A DNA stretch of 64,000 nt from Escherichia coli (GTDB lineage Bacteria; Pseudomonadota; Gammaproteobacteria; Enterobacterales; Enterobacteriaceae). Positions 1-12,578 of this stretch are shown here, in pieces; position 1 is the first letter of the stretch, and every line of letters begins with the position of its first letter. The translations under genes and the position numbers were made by a program. Below the pieces are notes generated by a model. It saw nothing but the letters and a program-made list of their open reading frames with translations. It ran no database searches and had not been told where the DNA came from. The stretch lies in assembly GCF_003790525.1 (NCBI RefSeq), contig NZ_CP033635.1; one strand, written 5' to 3'.

Positions 1-2309
<2,309 letters not shown>

Positions 2310-2401
2310 ACAACGCCGAAGATGTTTTGGCGGAAGAGAGAAGATTTTCAGCCTGATACAGATTAAATCAGAACGCAGAAGCGGTCTGATGAAACAGAAT
2401 T

Positions 2402-2521
2402 TGCCTGGCGGCCGTAGCGCGGTGGTCCCACCTGACCCCATGCCGAACTCAGAAGTGAAACGCCGTAGCGCCGATGGTAGTGTGGGGTCTCCCCATGCGA
2501 GAGTAGGGAACTGCCAGGCAT
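2402..2521 (+). rRNA. rrfG: 5S ribosomal RNA
   Basis: 120-nt sequence TGCCTGGCGGCCGTAGCGCGGTGGTCCCACCTGACCCCATGCCGAACTCAGAAGTGAAACGCCGTAGCGCCGATGGTAGTGTGGGGTCTCCCCATGCGAGAGTAGGGAACTGCCAGGCAT matches E. coli 5S rRNA; follows the 23S 3' end after a ~92-nt spacer. Confidence 0.97.
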
Positions 2522-2533
2522 CAAATTAAGCAG

Positions 2534-2561
2534 AAGGCCATCCGTCAGGATGGCCTTTTTG
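2534..2561 (+). terminator. rrn operon rho-independent terminator
   Basis: AGGCCATCC-GTCA-GGATGGCCT hairpin followed by TTTTTG, immediately after the 5S rRNA. Confidence 0.85.
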
Positions 2562-2580
2562 CATTGGTGCAGAAAAAAAT

Positions 2581-2612
2581 GCCTGATGCGATGCTGCGCG
2601 TCTTATACTCCC
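2581..2612. repeat. degenerate REP-like sequence
   Basis: GCCTGATGCGATGCTGCGCGTCTTATAC resembles the 5' two-thirds of the REP consensus (GCCTGATGCGACGCT...CGCGTCTTATCAGGCC) but lacks the 3' arm. Confidence 0.3.
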
Positions 2613-2843
2613 ACATATGCCAGATTCAGCAACGGATACGGTTTCCCCAACTTGCCTACTTCCATACGTGTCCTCCTTACCAGAAATTTATCCTTAAGCT
2701 CCTCAATAACCATTTTCCTGCTAACTAAATTCATGGTTAAGGTTGCATAATGATACGCAACAAATGTATAACATTTTTTTACCAAAAAAAATAAACAACA
2801 GCGACTGACAAAAGCATCGGATTACGGCAGGAGACATAATGGC

Positions 2844-4142
2844 ATGGCTGAAAGTACTGTAACGGCAGACAGCAAACTGACAAGTAGTGATACTCGTCGC
2901 CGCATTTGGGCGATTGTGGGGGCCTCTTCAGGTAATCTGGTCGAGTGGTTCGATTTCTATGTCTACTCGTTCTGTTCACTCTACTTTGCCCACATCTTCT
3001 TCCCTTCCGGGAACACGACGACTCAACTACTACAAACAGCAGGTGTTTTTGCTGCGGGATTTCTGATGCGCCCAATAGGCGGTTGGCTATTTGGCCGCAT
3101 AGCCGATAAACATGGTCGCAAAAAATCGATGCTATTATCGGTGTGTATGATGTGTTTCGGCTCACTGGTTATCGCCTGTTTGCCAGGCTACGAAACAATC
3201 GGTACCTGGGCTCCGGCATTATTGCTTCTTGCTCGTTTATTCCAGGGATTATCCGTTGGCGGAGAATATGGCACCAGCGCCACCTATATGAGTGAAGTTG
3301 CCGTTGAAGGGCGCAAAGGTTTTTACGCATCATTTCAGTATGTGACGTTGATCGGCGGGCAACTGCTAGCTCTACTGGTTGTCGTGGTTTTACAACACAC
3401 CATGGAAGACGCTGCACTCAGAGAGTGGGGATGGCGTATTCCTTTCGCGTTAGGAGCTGTGTTAGCTGTTGTGGCGTTGTGGTTACGTCGTCAGTTAGAT
3501 GAAACTTCACAACAAGAAACGCGCGCTTTAAAAGAAGCTGGATCTCTGAAAGGATTATGGCGCAATCGCCGTGCATTCATCATGGTTCTCGGTTTTACCG
3601 CTGCGGGCTCCCTTTGTTTCTATACCTTCACCACTTATATGCAGAAGTATCTGGTAAATACTGCGGGAATGCATGCCAACGTGGCGAGTGGCATTATGAC
3701 TGCCGCATTGTTTGTATTCATGCTTATTCAACCACTCATTGGCGCGCTGTCGGATAAGATTGGTCGCCGTACCTCAATGTTATGTTTCGGTTCGCTGGCA
3801 GCCATTTTTACCGTTCCTATTCTCTCAGCATTGCAGAACGTTTCCTCGCCTTATGCCGCTTTTGGTCTGGTGATGTGCGCCCTGCTGATAGTGAGTTTTT
3901 ATACTTCAATCAGTGGAATACTGAAGGCTGAGATGTTCCCGGCACAGGTTCGCGCATTAGGCGTTGGTCTGTCATATGCGGTCGCCAATGCTATATTTGG
4001 TGGGTCGGCGGAGTACGTAGCGTTGTCGCTGAAATCAATAGGAATGGAAACAGCCTTCTTCTGGTATGTGACCTTGATGGCCGTGGTGGCGTTTCTGGTT
4101 TCACTAACATTGCACCGTAAAGGAAAAGGGATGCGGCTTTAG
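2844..4142 (+). CDS. kgtP: alpha-ketoglutarate:H+ symporter (MFS)
   Basis: 432-aa [46 protein letters not shown]...; multi-pass membrane protein of the sugar-transporter MFS type; length and N-terminus match KgtP. Confidence 0.95.
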   Translation: MAESTVTADSKLTSSDTRRRIWAIVGASSGNLVEWFDFYVYSFCSLYFAHIFFPSGNTTTQLLQTAGVFAAGFLMRPIGGWLFGRIADKHGRKKSMLLSVCMMCFGSLVIACLPGYETIGTWAPALLLLARLFQGLSVGGEYGTSATYMSEVAVEGRKGFYASFQYVTLIGGQLLALLVVVVLQHTMEDAALREWGWRIPFALGAVLAVVALWLRRQLDETSQQETRALKEAGSLKGLWRNRRAFIMVLGFTAAGSLCFYTFTTYMQKYLVNTAGMHANVASGIMTAALFVFMLIQPLIGALSDKIGRRTSMLCFGSLAAIFTVPILSALQNVSSPYAAFGLVMCALLIVSFYTSISGILKAEMFPAQVRALGVGLSYAVANAIFGGSAEYVALSLKSIGMETAFFWYVTLMAVVAFLVSLTLHRKGKGMRL

Positions 4143-4462
4143 TGACGAGTCAGTTGCCAGACGGTATAGCCGGTGCTTGCACCGGCGATATCCCAGGCAA
4201 AATCCTTCCAGCTCCAGCCGCTCCCCTCAGGGCGGCTATCCCAAAGCTCTTTTGACGCCCCCAGACTGACAGAGAACATCAATCCAAACATGGCACTGCG
4301 ATCCCGGCTCATCCCCTGATGCTGTGCATATTCATTTCCGGCGGCGGAAAGCATCGCCGAGGCGATAAAGTGTTGAGCTTTATCCTGCCCGCTCCAGCTA
4401 TCGTTAGCCATATGGCTGCATCCAGAAAGTAACAATAGCGAGCAGACAAAAAGAATACGCAA
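4139..4462 (-). CDS. yfiM: small lipoprotein of unknown function
   Basis: ORF-track ORF is 114 aa (4139-4483). I favour the in-frame TTG 7 codons in (107 aa), because the pssA terminator hairpin at 4472-4503 overlaps the longer start. Signal peptide with lipobox LLSGC. Convergent with kgtP, overlapping its 3' end by 4 bp. Confidence 0.8.
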   Translation of the reverse strand: MRILFVCSLLLLSGCSHMANDSWSGQDKAQHFIASAMLSAAGNEYAQHQGMSRDRSAMFGLMFSVSLGASKELWDSRPEGSGWSWKDFAWDIAGASTGYTVWQLTRH

Positions 4463-4471
4463 AACGTGGCC

Positions 4472-4503
4472 TCCAAAAAACAAACCCCGTACAGGACGGG
4501 GTT
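4472..4503 (-). terminator. rho-independent terminator downstream of pssA
   Basis: On the minus strand AACCCCGTcctgtACGGGGTT hairpin followed by TGTTTTTTGG; lies 5 nt after the pssA stop. Confidence 0.7.
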
Positions 4504-4507
4504 GTGA

Positions 4508-5863
4508 TTACAGGATGCGGCTAATTAATCGGTCGATGCGGATACGGCGCAAACGACGGATGAGTTTACGAACCTTCACCGGATAATCGGCAATACTTTG
4601 CAGATCGCGATAGTGCTTAACGATGGTGGTATGCTCGCGGATCAGCTCCAGTTCTTTCTCTCGCTGTGGCGCAAGCTCCAGTTGCGGATCGTGGATCAAA
4701 ATGGCGTTTTCCAGATCCAGACGCCAGGCGCGCGGGTTCAGGTTATTACCGGTGATCAACATCCACTTATCATCAACCCACATCCCTTTCAGGTGATAGG
4801 TGTTGTCGTCATCTTTCCATAACCGAACCACTAATTGGTCAGTATTGACGTAATACTGCAAACGGCTCAGGAAACGACGCAGATTGATCTCATAGAGATA
4901 AGGCAATGCGCCAATTATCTTGAAAGGTTCATCTTCCGGAATGTAGAAGTCATTCGCGGTTTTATCACCAACAATAATTTCGACCTTTTTCCCTTCGCGC
5001 AGCAACTGGATAATATTGCGCACAAGGATTGCTGGCAGGTTGAAGTAAGGTGTGCAGATGGTTAGTTTCTGCTCGGCACAAGGCATAAGATGGAAAATAG
5101 TCTTGTTCAACAGACTCGATTTCCCCAGCCCCACTAGCGGCGTTACGGAAAGCTGATCGTTGTCGGCATCGCCCTGGAAATGATAAGCGGCATCACGCAG
5201 CTCCTGGCGGAACAGGCGAATGTCGTTCTTGATTTCCGGGCTTTTTGGCCGATTAACATCATCCAGACGATTAACGCCGCGGCCATTCATAATATTCTGT
5301 GTAACCCATTCAAACATAATGTCTGACATCTTACGGTTACGGATCAGATGATAACGGTCGTAGCGATATTTATCGTGCTGATGCAGGTAAACATCGTTCA
5401 GGCTGGCACCGCTATAAAGTACGCTATCGTCGATGATAAAGCCTTTAAAGTGCAGAACACCAAGGGCTTCACGGGTATTGATTGGAACGCCATAAACCGG
5501 AACATCTACGCCCGGATTTTCCTGCGCCATGCGGCAGTACCAGTCAGCGTTAGTGTTAGATGCCGCAGCGCCAATGCGTCCACGTTGTGCACGATGCCAG
5601 TCGACCAGCACCCGCACATCCAGTTCCGGACGCTGCCTTTTAGCCTCATACAACGCGTTCAGAATGCCTTTGCCACCGTCATCCTGTTCGAGATACAGGG
5701 CGACAATGCAAATGCGCTGCTTCGCGCTGGCTATTTTTTCCAGCAGCGTCTCCCGGAAGTCGGCGGGAGCGTAAAAGAAATCGACATCATCAACTGATTG
5801 AGAAATCTTGGGTAGTTGGGCAAGGTGTTGTTGATGTTTATTACGCTTAAATTTTGACAACAT
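4508..5863 (-). CDS. pssA: CDP-diacylglycerol-serine O-phosphatidyltransferase (phosphatidylserine synthase)
   Basis: 451 aa from the second Met of the 452-aa ORF (MLSKFKRNKHQQHLAQLPKISQ...); two HxK-type phospholipase-D-like segments (LHFKGFIID..., HLKGMWVDD...). Confidence 0.95.
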   Translation of the reverse strand: MLSKFKRNKHQQHLAQLPKISQSVDDVDFFYAPADFRETLLEKIASAKQRICIVALYLEQDDGGKGILNALYEAKRQRPELDVRVLVDWHRAQRGRIGAAASNTNADWYCRMAQENPGVDVPVYGVPINTREALGVLHFKGFIIDDSVLYSGASLNDVYLHQHDKYRYDRYHLIRNRKMSDIMFEWVTQNIMNGRGVNRLDDVNRPKSPEIKNDIRLFRQELRDAAYHFQGDADNDQLSVTPLVGLGKSSLLNKTIFHLMPCAEQKLTICTPYFNLPAILVRNIIQLLREGKKVEIIVGDKTANDFYIPEDEPFKIIGALPYLYEINLRRFLSRLQYYVNTDQLVVRLWKDDDNTYHLKGMWVDDKWMLITGNNLNPRAWRLDLENAILIHDPQLELAPQREKELELIREHTTIVKHYRDLQSIADYPVKVRKLIRRLRRIRIDRLISRIL

Positions 5864-5976
5864 CACAGTGCATTTCTTCTCTGTTCATTGAAGGGTCCTC
5901 TGTGCAATGCAGACGACATAAGCGGGCAATAATAACACCAGTCCCGATTAAGTGGTCAACATTTCCAGTACCTTAC

Positions 5977-8637
5977 TCATGATTCCTCGCGCTGGGCAAG
6001 ATTTAGCGTAAGCCCAACGATCCCCTCTTCGAGCTGGATATCAACGTTAAACCCGAGCTTGCGGGCCAGCGCCACCATGCCACGATTGTTTGGCATCGTA
6101 ATACCATTCAGACGTTGCAGTCCGTGATCTCGCGTATAGGTAATCAACTTTTCCATTAAGCGTCGACCTAAGCCTAACCCTTTGAGATCCGAGCGAACCA
6201 GCACGGCAAATTCGGCATCGATGTTATCAGGGTCGGAGATCGCACGCGTGACGCCGAGGATCTCTTCCGTTTGATCAATACGTCGTACCGCTACAAATGC
6301 CATTTCCCGATCGTAGTCGATCTGCGTCATGTTGGCTAAATCTTCATGGGTAAATTCGTTGATCTCGCTAAAGTAGCGGTAATAAAGATCTTCTTTGGTG
6401 ACTCGCGAAATGAACTGCTGAAGTTGTGGCTCATCTTCTGGCAAAATCGGGCGGAACAAGCAGCGTTCACCGTTTTTCAATTCTACCCACTCTTCCAGCT
6501 GATGCGGATAAGGGCGCACTGCCAGCCGGCTCTCGTTATCGCCTTCAAACGGCGCGATATCCAGCGTGACATCCAGCGCGGTAAATTCACTGCCAGAAGC
6601 CAGCAAAGGATGAATATCCAGACGTTGAATTTCCGGACAATCGACAATCAAGTTGGAAACCTGTACCAGAAGCTGGCTCAAGCCTGCAACATCCAATGGG
6701 CGTAGCGCACTGCGCGCACGAATCTTTTTACTTTTGATCCCCTGAATAACCAGATAGCGGGCCAGGTTCATGTTCAGCGGTGGTAACGCGACGACGGCTT
6801 GATCTTCAGGACGCCACTCCACACCGCCTTCGCCCAGCATGATCAACGGCCCGAAAACCGGATCGTGCTCAACCACAACCCGCAACTCCTGAGCGCCAGC
6901 ACGGTTAGCCATACTTTGCACCAACAGGCCGTGGATCCGCGCCTGCGGCCAGGCCATTTTTACGCGATCGAAAATAGCGTTTGCCGCTTGCTGGACTTCA
7001 TTAGCTGTACGCAGGTAGAGCATGACGCCCTGAACTTCCGATTTATGTGGAATATCCGGCGAACGCAATTTCAGCGCCACCGGATAACCAATCTGTTCGG
7101 CAATATGCACCGCTTCGGTGCTATCGCTGGCAATCCAGGTGGGGAGCGTGTTCATGCCATATGCTTGCAGGATGGGCTGAACTTCATGGGTATCGAGTGA
7201 CGTTGCTCCTTCGGCAATCGCCTGTTGCAACAGAAGATGCGCTTCTGCGGTATTGGAGGTCAGATTGCTGGGCAACGCCGGCGTTTCGCGTAGTTGCTTC
7301 TGATTACGCCGGTACTCCACCATATGCATAAAAGCAGTGATGGTTCCTTCCGGCGTGCGATAGGTCGGCAGCCCGGCTTCACTGAATAATCGTCGTGCCT
7401 CTTGCGAGGAGTGCTCGCCACACCAGTTCGTCAGCAGAGAAACATACTTGCTGCGGGGATGATGCTTTACCGCTTCAATTAATGCTTGCGCGCTTTCTGT
7501 TGCGGGAGCAGCGGCGCTGGGCGAATGAATAACCATCAGCGCGTCAAAATCCTGGCTGTGGAGCAGGATATCCAGCGTTTTAATATAGTGCTCACTGCTG
7601 GCGTCATCGCGTAGATCGAGCGGGTTAGAGATTGCCACATGTTCTGGCAGTGCATCGCGCAGTTTCTGGCAGGTTTCTTCGCTTAGCGTTGCCAGCTTGC
7701 CATTGCGTGACCATAAGGCATCCAGCGCCAGCGCGGCAGGCGCAGCACCGTTGCTGATAATCATCAACCGGTCACCACGCAGCGGGCGCATATGGCTAAG
7801 GGTTTCCACCGCCGAAAACAGTTCGTGGGTATCCTGTACCCGCAACAAACCGGCACGCTGAATAGCCGCATCCCACGCTGGATCCATTCCTGCCGTGGTG
7901 TTCAACAGACGTTGAGCCGCCGGGCTACGTCCGCTTTTAATCACCAGAATCGGTTTATTGCGCGAGGCACTACGGGCCGCCGAAACAAAGCGTCGCGCGT
8001 CGCTTAACTGTTCGAGATAGAGCAGGATGGCGCTGGTTTTACTGTCGCGCGCCAGATAGTCGAGCAATTCATCAACGTCGATATCCAGGCTGTCGCCGAG
8101 CGCAATAAAGTAGGAAAAGCCCATCTCACGCTGTTGCGCCCAGTCGAGGATGGTGTTGGAGACAGCAGCCGATTGCGAAATAAACGCCAGCTTGCCGCGT
8201 TTAATCGGCACAGGCGAAAAGCTGGCATTCAGACCTTGCCAGGGAGCCAGTAAACCCAGACTGTTTGGTCCAAGCAGGCGCATGTTATGGCGCAGGGCGC
8301 AGGCGCGGAGATCTTCGTGTTGCGATGACGGGGCGGAAAGAATAATGCAGGTTTTACAGCCTTTCTCGCCGAGCTCTTCCAGAAGAGCAAGATTACGGCT
8401 GGCATTGGTACATAAAACCGCAAGGTCTGGTGTAAAGGGCAAGCTGGCAATATCCGGCCAGGCCAACACACCCAACACTGCTTTCCAGGCAGGCGTCACC
8501 GGGAGTACCGGTCCGTTAAAGCCTCCCGCCAGCAGGTTACGCATCATCAGGTAACCTGCGCGATTGGGTTTCATCGATGCGCCAATTACCGCAATCGATT
8601 TTGGTCGCAGTAGTGCTTCCAGTCCTCGCTGACTCAT
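5977..8637 (-). CDS. patZ: protein lysine acetyltransferase (NDP-forming acyl-CoA synthetase-like N-terminus plus C-terminal GNAT)
   Basis: 886-aa ORF MSQRGLEALLRPKSIAVIGASMKPNRAGY...; CoA-binding Rossmann start, C-terminal GNAT-like segment (...RGLGLGRRLMEKLITYTRDHG...). Confidence 0.93.
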   Translation of the reverse strand: MSQRGLEALLRPKSIAVIGASMKPNRAGYLMMRNLLAGGFNGPVLPVTPAWKAVLGVLAWPDIASLPFTPDLAVLCTNASRNLALLEELGEKGCKTCIILSAPSSQHEDLRACALRHNMRLLGPNSLGLLAPWQGLNASFSPVPIKRGKLAFISQSAAVSNTILDWAQQREMGFSYFIALGDSLDIDVDELLDYLARDSKTSAILLYLEQLSDARRFVSAARSASRNKPILVIKSGRSPAAQRLLNTTAGMDPAWDAAIQRAGLLRVQDTHELFSAVETLSHMRPLRGDRLMIISNGAAPAALALDALWSRNGKLATLSEETCQKLRDALPEHVAISNPLDLRDDASSEHYIKTLDILLHSQDFDALMVIHSPSAAAPATESAQALIEAVKHHPRSKYVSLLTNWCGEHSSQEARRLFSEAGLPTYRTPEGTITAFMHMVEYRRNQKQLRETPALPSNLTSNTAEAHLLLQQAIAEGATSLDTHEVQPILQAYGMNTLPTWIASDSTEAVHIAEQIGYPVALKLRSPDIPHKSEVQGVMLYLRTANEVQQAANAIFDRVKMAWPQARIHGLLVQSMANRAGAQELRVVVEHDPVFGPLIMLGEGGVEWRPEDQAVVALPPLNMNLARYLVIQGIKSKKIRARSALRPLDVAGLSQLLVQVSNLIVDCPEIQRLDIHPLLASGSEFTALDVTLDIAPFEGDNESRLAVRPYPHQLEEWVELKNGERCLFRPILPEDEPQLQQFISRVTKEDLYYRYFSEINEFTHEDLANMTQIDYDREMAFVAVRRIDQTEEILGVTRAISDPDNIDAEFAVLVRSDLKGLGLGRRLMEKLITYTRDHGLQRLNGITMPNNRGMVALARKLGFNVDIQLEEGIVGLTLNLAQREES

Positions 8638-8668
8638 ACCGGTCTCCCGCAGAAGTGACCGAATGATT

Positions 8669-9367
8669 TTAAACGCTTTCTAACTGTTCTGCTGTGATGC
8701 TACCCAGATGTTGCGTTTTTCCTGCCAGATAGCGTGTTTTAAAGCGGGTAAAATGCTCGCCTAACCCTGCCGCCGCCCCGGTATCGCCGACCATATCTAA
8801 CAGTGCGATGGCTACCTCGGCAGTACAATATTGGCCTTCAGCCTGGGCTTCACGCAGGCGATAGGCAGAAAGCCGGGAAAGATCGACGGAAATGACGGGA
8901 AGATTATCCAGATACGGACTTTTACGAAACATCTTGCGAGCTTCCGGCCAGGTACCATCGAGCATGATAAATAGCGGAGGCTTACCGGCAGGTGGTGTGA
9001 AGATCACTTCCCGTTGCTCATCAGCATACGAGGCGGGAAAGACCACCATTGGCTGATAGTCCGGGTTTTGTACCAGATCCAGCAAATCTAGCGAGGGTTC
9101 GGTACGCGACCATTGAAACGCAACGGTATCAGGCAAAATATCAGCAATCAGACGCCCGGTATTACTGGGCTTCATTGGCTCGGTGTCGAACATCAGCAAA
9201 CAGAAGCGACTTTTTGCTTGTGCTGGGGTAATTGTCGAACAGAGACATAATTTCTCTGGCAAAAGACAGCGTTGGCAGCGACGAACGCGATTACCGCGGG
9301 CAAGAAAAGGACGTGTTGCGCGCGCAATACGCTCGGCGCGTAACTGGAGAACAGCGTTTTCGGTCAT
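8669..9367 (-). CDS. tapT: DTW-domain tRNA-uridine aminocarboxypropyltransferase
   Basis: 232 aa from internal Met (MTENAVLQLRAERIARATRPFLARG...) of the 249-aa ORF; CxxC...C cluster and the DGTW motif (FIMLDGTWPEARKMF). Formerly yfiP. Confidence 0.88.
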   Translation of the reverse strand: MTENAVLQLRAERIARATRPFLARGNRVRRCQRCLLPEKLCLCSTITPAQAKSRFCLLMFDTEPMKPSNTGRLIADILPDTVAFQWSRTEPSLDLLDLVQNPDYQPMVVFPASYADEQREVIFTPPAGKPPLFIMLDGTWPEARKMFRKSPYLDNLPVISVDLSRLSAYRLREAQAEGQYCTAEVAIALLDMVGDTGAAAGLGEHFTRFKTRYLAGKTQHLGSITAEQLESV

Positions 9368-9435
9368 AAGAGAGCGTCGAAAAAACGCCATTGTCGCAGA
9401 GGAGAAAACGGGGCACAAGATGCGCCCCGGTAAGA

Positions 9436-9855
9436 TTAAAGAGATTCGTTCAGCCAGCTATCAAACGGCGCTTTCGGTACTGCGCCATTAAGCATGTCGA
9501 CAACCTGACCGTTTTTGAAAATCATGATCGTCGGTATACTACGAATTCCAAAGCGACTGCTTAATTCACGTTCAGCTTCGGTATTCACTTTCACAAAGCG
9601 CACTTTACCGCTACGCTCTTGCGCGACATCTTCAAAAATTGGTGCGAAATTACGGCAGGGGCCGCACCACGGTGCCCAGAAGTCGATCACCACAGGTAGA
9701 TCATCTTTCAGCAATTTGTCGAGCGTTTCACCGGTCGCATTAATCACCTCTCCGTCAAACAAGTCGTGACCGCAGCGTCCGCATTTTGCCGCATCTTCGA
9801 TCCGATCGTCGGGAATGCGATTGATGGCCTGACAATGGGTACAAACGGTATTCAT
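9436..9855 (-). CDS. trxC: thioredoxin 2
   Basis: 139-aa ORF with N-terminal zinc-finger cysteines (CTHCQ...CGRCGH) and thioredoxin active site WAPWCGPCR. Confidence 0.95.
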
Positions 9856-10061
9856 AACTAACCTCGGGATGAGTAAGGAGACTTATCGGCAACGACGCCG
9901 GTATGTTTCTAATATGTTACATATTATCGGGGACATTGTTCCAGACAACAATCTGTTTTATTCAATGGGTATGATAGACACAGGCTTTGGAACGAAATCA
10001 TGGCGAACCGCGCGGACTTCGGGTAATCTGCGCGCTTCGCGCAGCGCTGGTGGAGAAAAGC

Positions 10062-11099
10062 ATGAACGATGAAATGAAAGGTAAAAGCGGCAAGGTCAAA
10101 GTGATGTATGTCCGCAGTGATGATGATTCTGATAAACGTACCCACAACCCGCGTACCGGGAAAGGGGGCGGGCGTCCAGGAAAATCTCGTGCTGACGGTG
10201 GCCGTCGCCCCGCCCGCGATGACAAACAGAGTCAGCCCCGTGACCGCAAGTGGGAAGATTCGCCGTGGCGCACGGTTTCCCGCGCGCCGGGTGATGAGAC
10301 GCCGGAAAAGGCCGATCACGGTGGCATCAGTGGTAAAAGTTTTATTGATCCGGAAGTTTTGCGTCGTCAGCGTGCGGAAGAAACCCGCGTCTACGGAGAA
10401 AACGCCTGTCAGGCACTGTTCCAGAGCCGTCCGGAAGCGATTGTTCGCGCCTGGTTTATCCAGAGCGTAACGCCACGTTTTAAAGAAGCCTTGCGCTGGA
10501 TGGCGGCAAACCGCAAAGCGTACCATGTGGTGGATGAAGCGGAACTGACAAAAGCGTCAGGCACGGAACATCACGGCGGCGTTTGCTTCCTGATCAAAAA
10601 GCGTAACGGTACAACCGTGCAGCAGTGGGTAAGCCAGGCTGGCGCGCAGGATTGTGTACTGGCCCTGGAAAACGAATCTAACCCGCATAACCTGGGCGGC
10701 ATGATGCGTAGCTGTGCGCACTTCGGCGTGAAAGGTGTTGTGGTGCAGGATGCAGCACTGCTGGAGTCTGGGGCGGCTATCCGTACCGCAGAAGGCGGCG
10801 CAGAGCACGTTCAGCCGATTACTGGCGACAACATTGTTAACGTGCTGGATGATTTCCGTCAGGCGGGTTACACCGTAGTGACAACTTCCAGCGAGCAGGG
10901 TAAACCGCTGTTCAAAACCAGTCTGCCAGCGAAAATGGTACTGGTGCTGGGTCAGGAATATGAAGGGTTACCGGATGCCGCACGCGATCCGAACGATCTG
11001 CGCGTGAAGATTGATGGTACTGGCAACGTTGCCGGGCTGAATATCTCTGTCGCAACCGGCGTTCTTCTTGGCGAATGGTGGCGTCAGAATAAAGCCTGA
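10062..11099 (+). CDS. yfiF: SpoU/TrmH-family RNA 2'-O-methyltransferase (putative) with basic low-complexity N-terminal extension
   Basis: 345 aa from the Met at [14 protein letters not shown]... (ORF-track ORF starts 25 codons earlier at 9987); C-terminal SpoU-type methyltransferase region (...[16 protein letters not shown]...[18 protein letters not shown]). Confidence 0.88.
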
Positions 11100-11146
11100 T
11101 AAATCAGCCGGGTGGCAACTCTGCCATCCGGCATTTTCCCGCAAAT

Positions 11147-11836
11147 TTACTCACTCTCTGCCGGTAATACTGGCATCCAGTCAATCGGCGTCTCGCCACG
11201 TTGTTCCAGCCACTGATTTGCCAGCACAAAATGGTTGCAGCCAAAGAATCCACGATGCGCCGAAAGCGGCGACGGATGCGGTGCTTTCAGTACATGATGG
11301 CGTTGCTTATCTATAATCGCCCCTTTCTTTTGCGCATGCGATCCCCACAACAAAAACACCACGCCTTCGCGATGCTGGTTAATCAGGCTGATCACTTTAT
11401 CGGTGAAGGTTTCCCAGCCGAGGCTGGCGTGGGAATGCGCCTGACCTGCGCGTACCGTCAACACAGTATTGAGTAGCAGAACGCCCTGACGCGCCCAGCT
11501 TTCAAGATAACCATGATTAGGGCGGGTGAAACCGGGAATAGTATTTTCCAGCTCTTTATACATATTCAGCAGTGACGGCGGTGTCGCAATGCCGGGGCGA
11601 ACGGAAAATGCCAGACCATGCGCCTGTCCCGGTCCGTGATAAGGATCCTGGCCGAGAATCACCACTTTAACGTCACCCAACTCTGTAAAGCGGAACGCGT
11701 TAAAGACATCCTTTTGTGGCGGATAGATAGTGACGCCGGACTGCCGCTCGCTGGCGACGGTCTGAAGGGTATTAAGAAAATAGGGTTGCTGCTTCTCTTC
11801 AGCCAGCACATCATGCCAGGTTAATTCGTTAGCCAT
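11147..11836 (-). CDS. ung: uracil-DNA glycosylase
   Basis: 229-aa ORF with the UDG catalytic motif [18 protein letters not shown] and [11 protein letters not shown]. Confidence 0.96.
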   Translation of the reverse strand: MANELTWHDVLAEEKQQPYFLNTLQTVASERQSGVTIYPPQKDVFNAFRFTELGDVKVVILGQDPYHGPGQAHGLAFSVRPGIATPPSLLNMYKELENTIPGFTRPNHGYLESWARQGVLLLNTVLTVRAGQAHSHASLGWETFTDKVISLINQHREGVVFLLWGSHAQKKGAIIDKQRHHVLKAPHPSPLSAHRGFFGCNHFVLANQWLEQRGETPIDWMPVLPAESE

Positions 11837-11966
11837 CTCGCTCTCCTGCGAATCTTCAATCCGCCTAGCTTAACTGCTTCTTTCTACAGAACAAAATCAT
11901 GCTCATTTTTTAGACTTAAACGAGTGCAAAAAAATGTAAATTGGTAAAATTTCACACCTGCATAAG

Positions 11967-11980
11967 TTGATGTAAAACAA
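11967..11980 (+). promoter_or_regulatory. upstream FNR-type site (TTGAT-N4-AACAA) of the grcA promoter
   Basis: TTGATgtaaAACAA, centred 53 bp upstream of the perfect site; matches the reported two-site FNR arrangement for yfiD/grcA. Confidence 0.6.
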
Positions 11981-12019
11981 TAAAATCCATTTGTGACCAC
12001 ATTCGATATGTGGTTTCTA

Positions 12020-12033
12020 TTGATTTAAATCAA
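12020..12033 (+). promoter_or_regulatory. consensus FNR site (TTGAT-N4-ATCAA) of the grcA promoter
   Basis: Perfect TTGATttaaATCAA palindrome ~108 bp upstream of the grcA start codon. Confidence 0.8.
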
Positions 12034-12140
12034 AGAATCAAGGGTGTTTGAGGAGTATATATACACTCAAGCAACAATGGTTTTACCAATTGGCCGCGAC
12101 AGGCTGAACAAATCAAATAATTTTGCCGGGGAGGCATCAC

Positions 12141-12524
12141 ATGATTACAGGTATCCAGATTACTAAAGCCGCTAACGACGATCTGCTGAACTCTTTCTGG
12201 CTGCTGGACAGCGAAAAAGGCGAAGCGCGTTGCATCGTTGCGAAAGCAGGTTTTGCAGAAGACGAAGTGGTTGCAGTAAGCAAACTGGGTGACATTGAGT
12301 ACCGTGAAGTTCCAGTAGAAGTGAAACCAGAAGTTCGCGTTGAAGGTGGTCAACACCTGAACGTAAACGTTCTGCGTCGTGAAACTCTGGAAGATGCAGT
12401 TAAGCATCCGGAAAAATATCCGCAGCTGACCATCCGTGTATCCGGTTATGCAGTTCGCTTTAACTCTCTGACTCCGGAACAGCAGCGCGACGTTATCGCT
12501 CGTACCTTTACTGAAAGCCTGTAA
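12141..12524 (+). CDS. grcA: autonomous glycyl radical cofactor (PFL C-terminal domain-like)
   Basis: 127 aa from [20 protein letters not shown]...; glycyl-radical motif RVSGYAVRF near the C-terminus; ORF-track ORF starts 6 codons upstream. Confidence 0.95.
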
Positions 12525-12547
12525 GGCTTAAGTAGCAAGTTACTAAG

Positions 12548-12577
12548 CGGAAGAGGGCGACCTCTTCCGCTTTTTTC
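12548..12577. terminator. rho-independent terminator between convergent grcA and eamB
   Basis: GCGGAAGAGG-GCGA-CCTCTTCCGC hairpin followed by TTTTTT. Confidence 0.85.
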
Positions 12578-12578
12578 A

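Noticed and set aside
9987-10061. N-terminal extensions from the longest-ORF calls (yfiF 9987, purL 32761, yphG 45462, hcaR 59311, trmN6 15529, rseA 18973, glrR 39529)
   Set aside because: In each case a downstream in-frame start matches the conserved N-terminus of the protein family and the extension overlaps a promoter, operator or the neighbouring gene.
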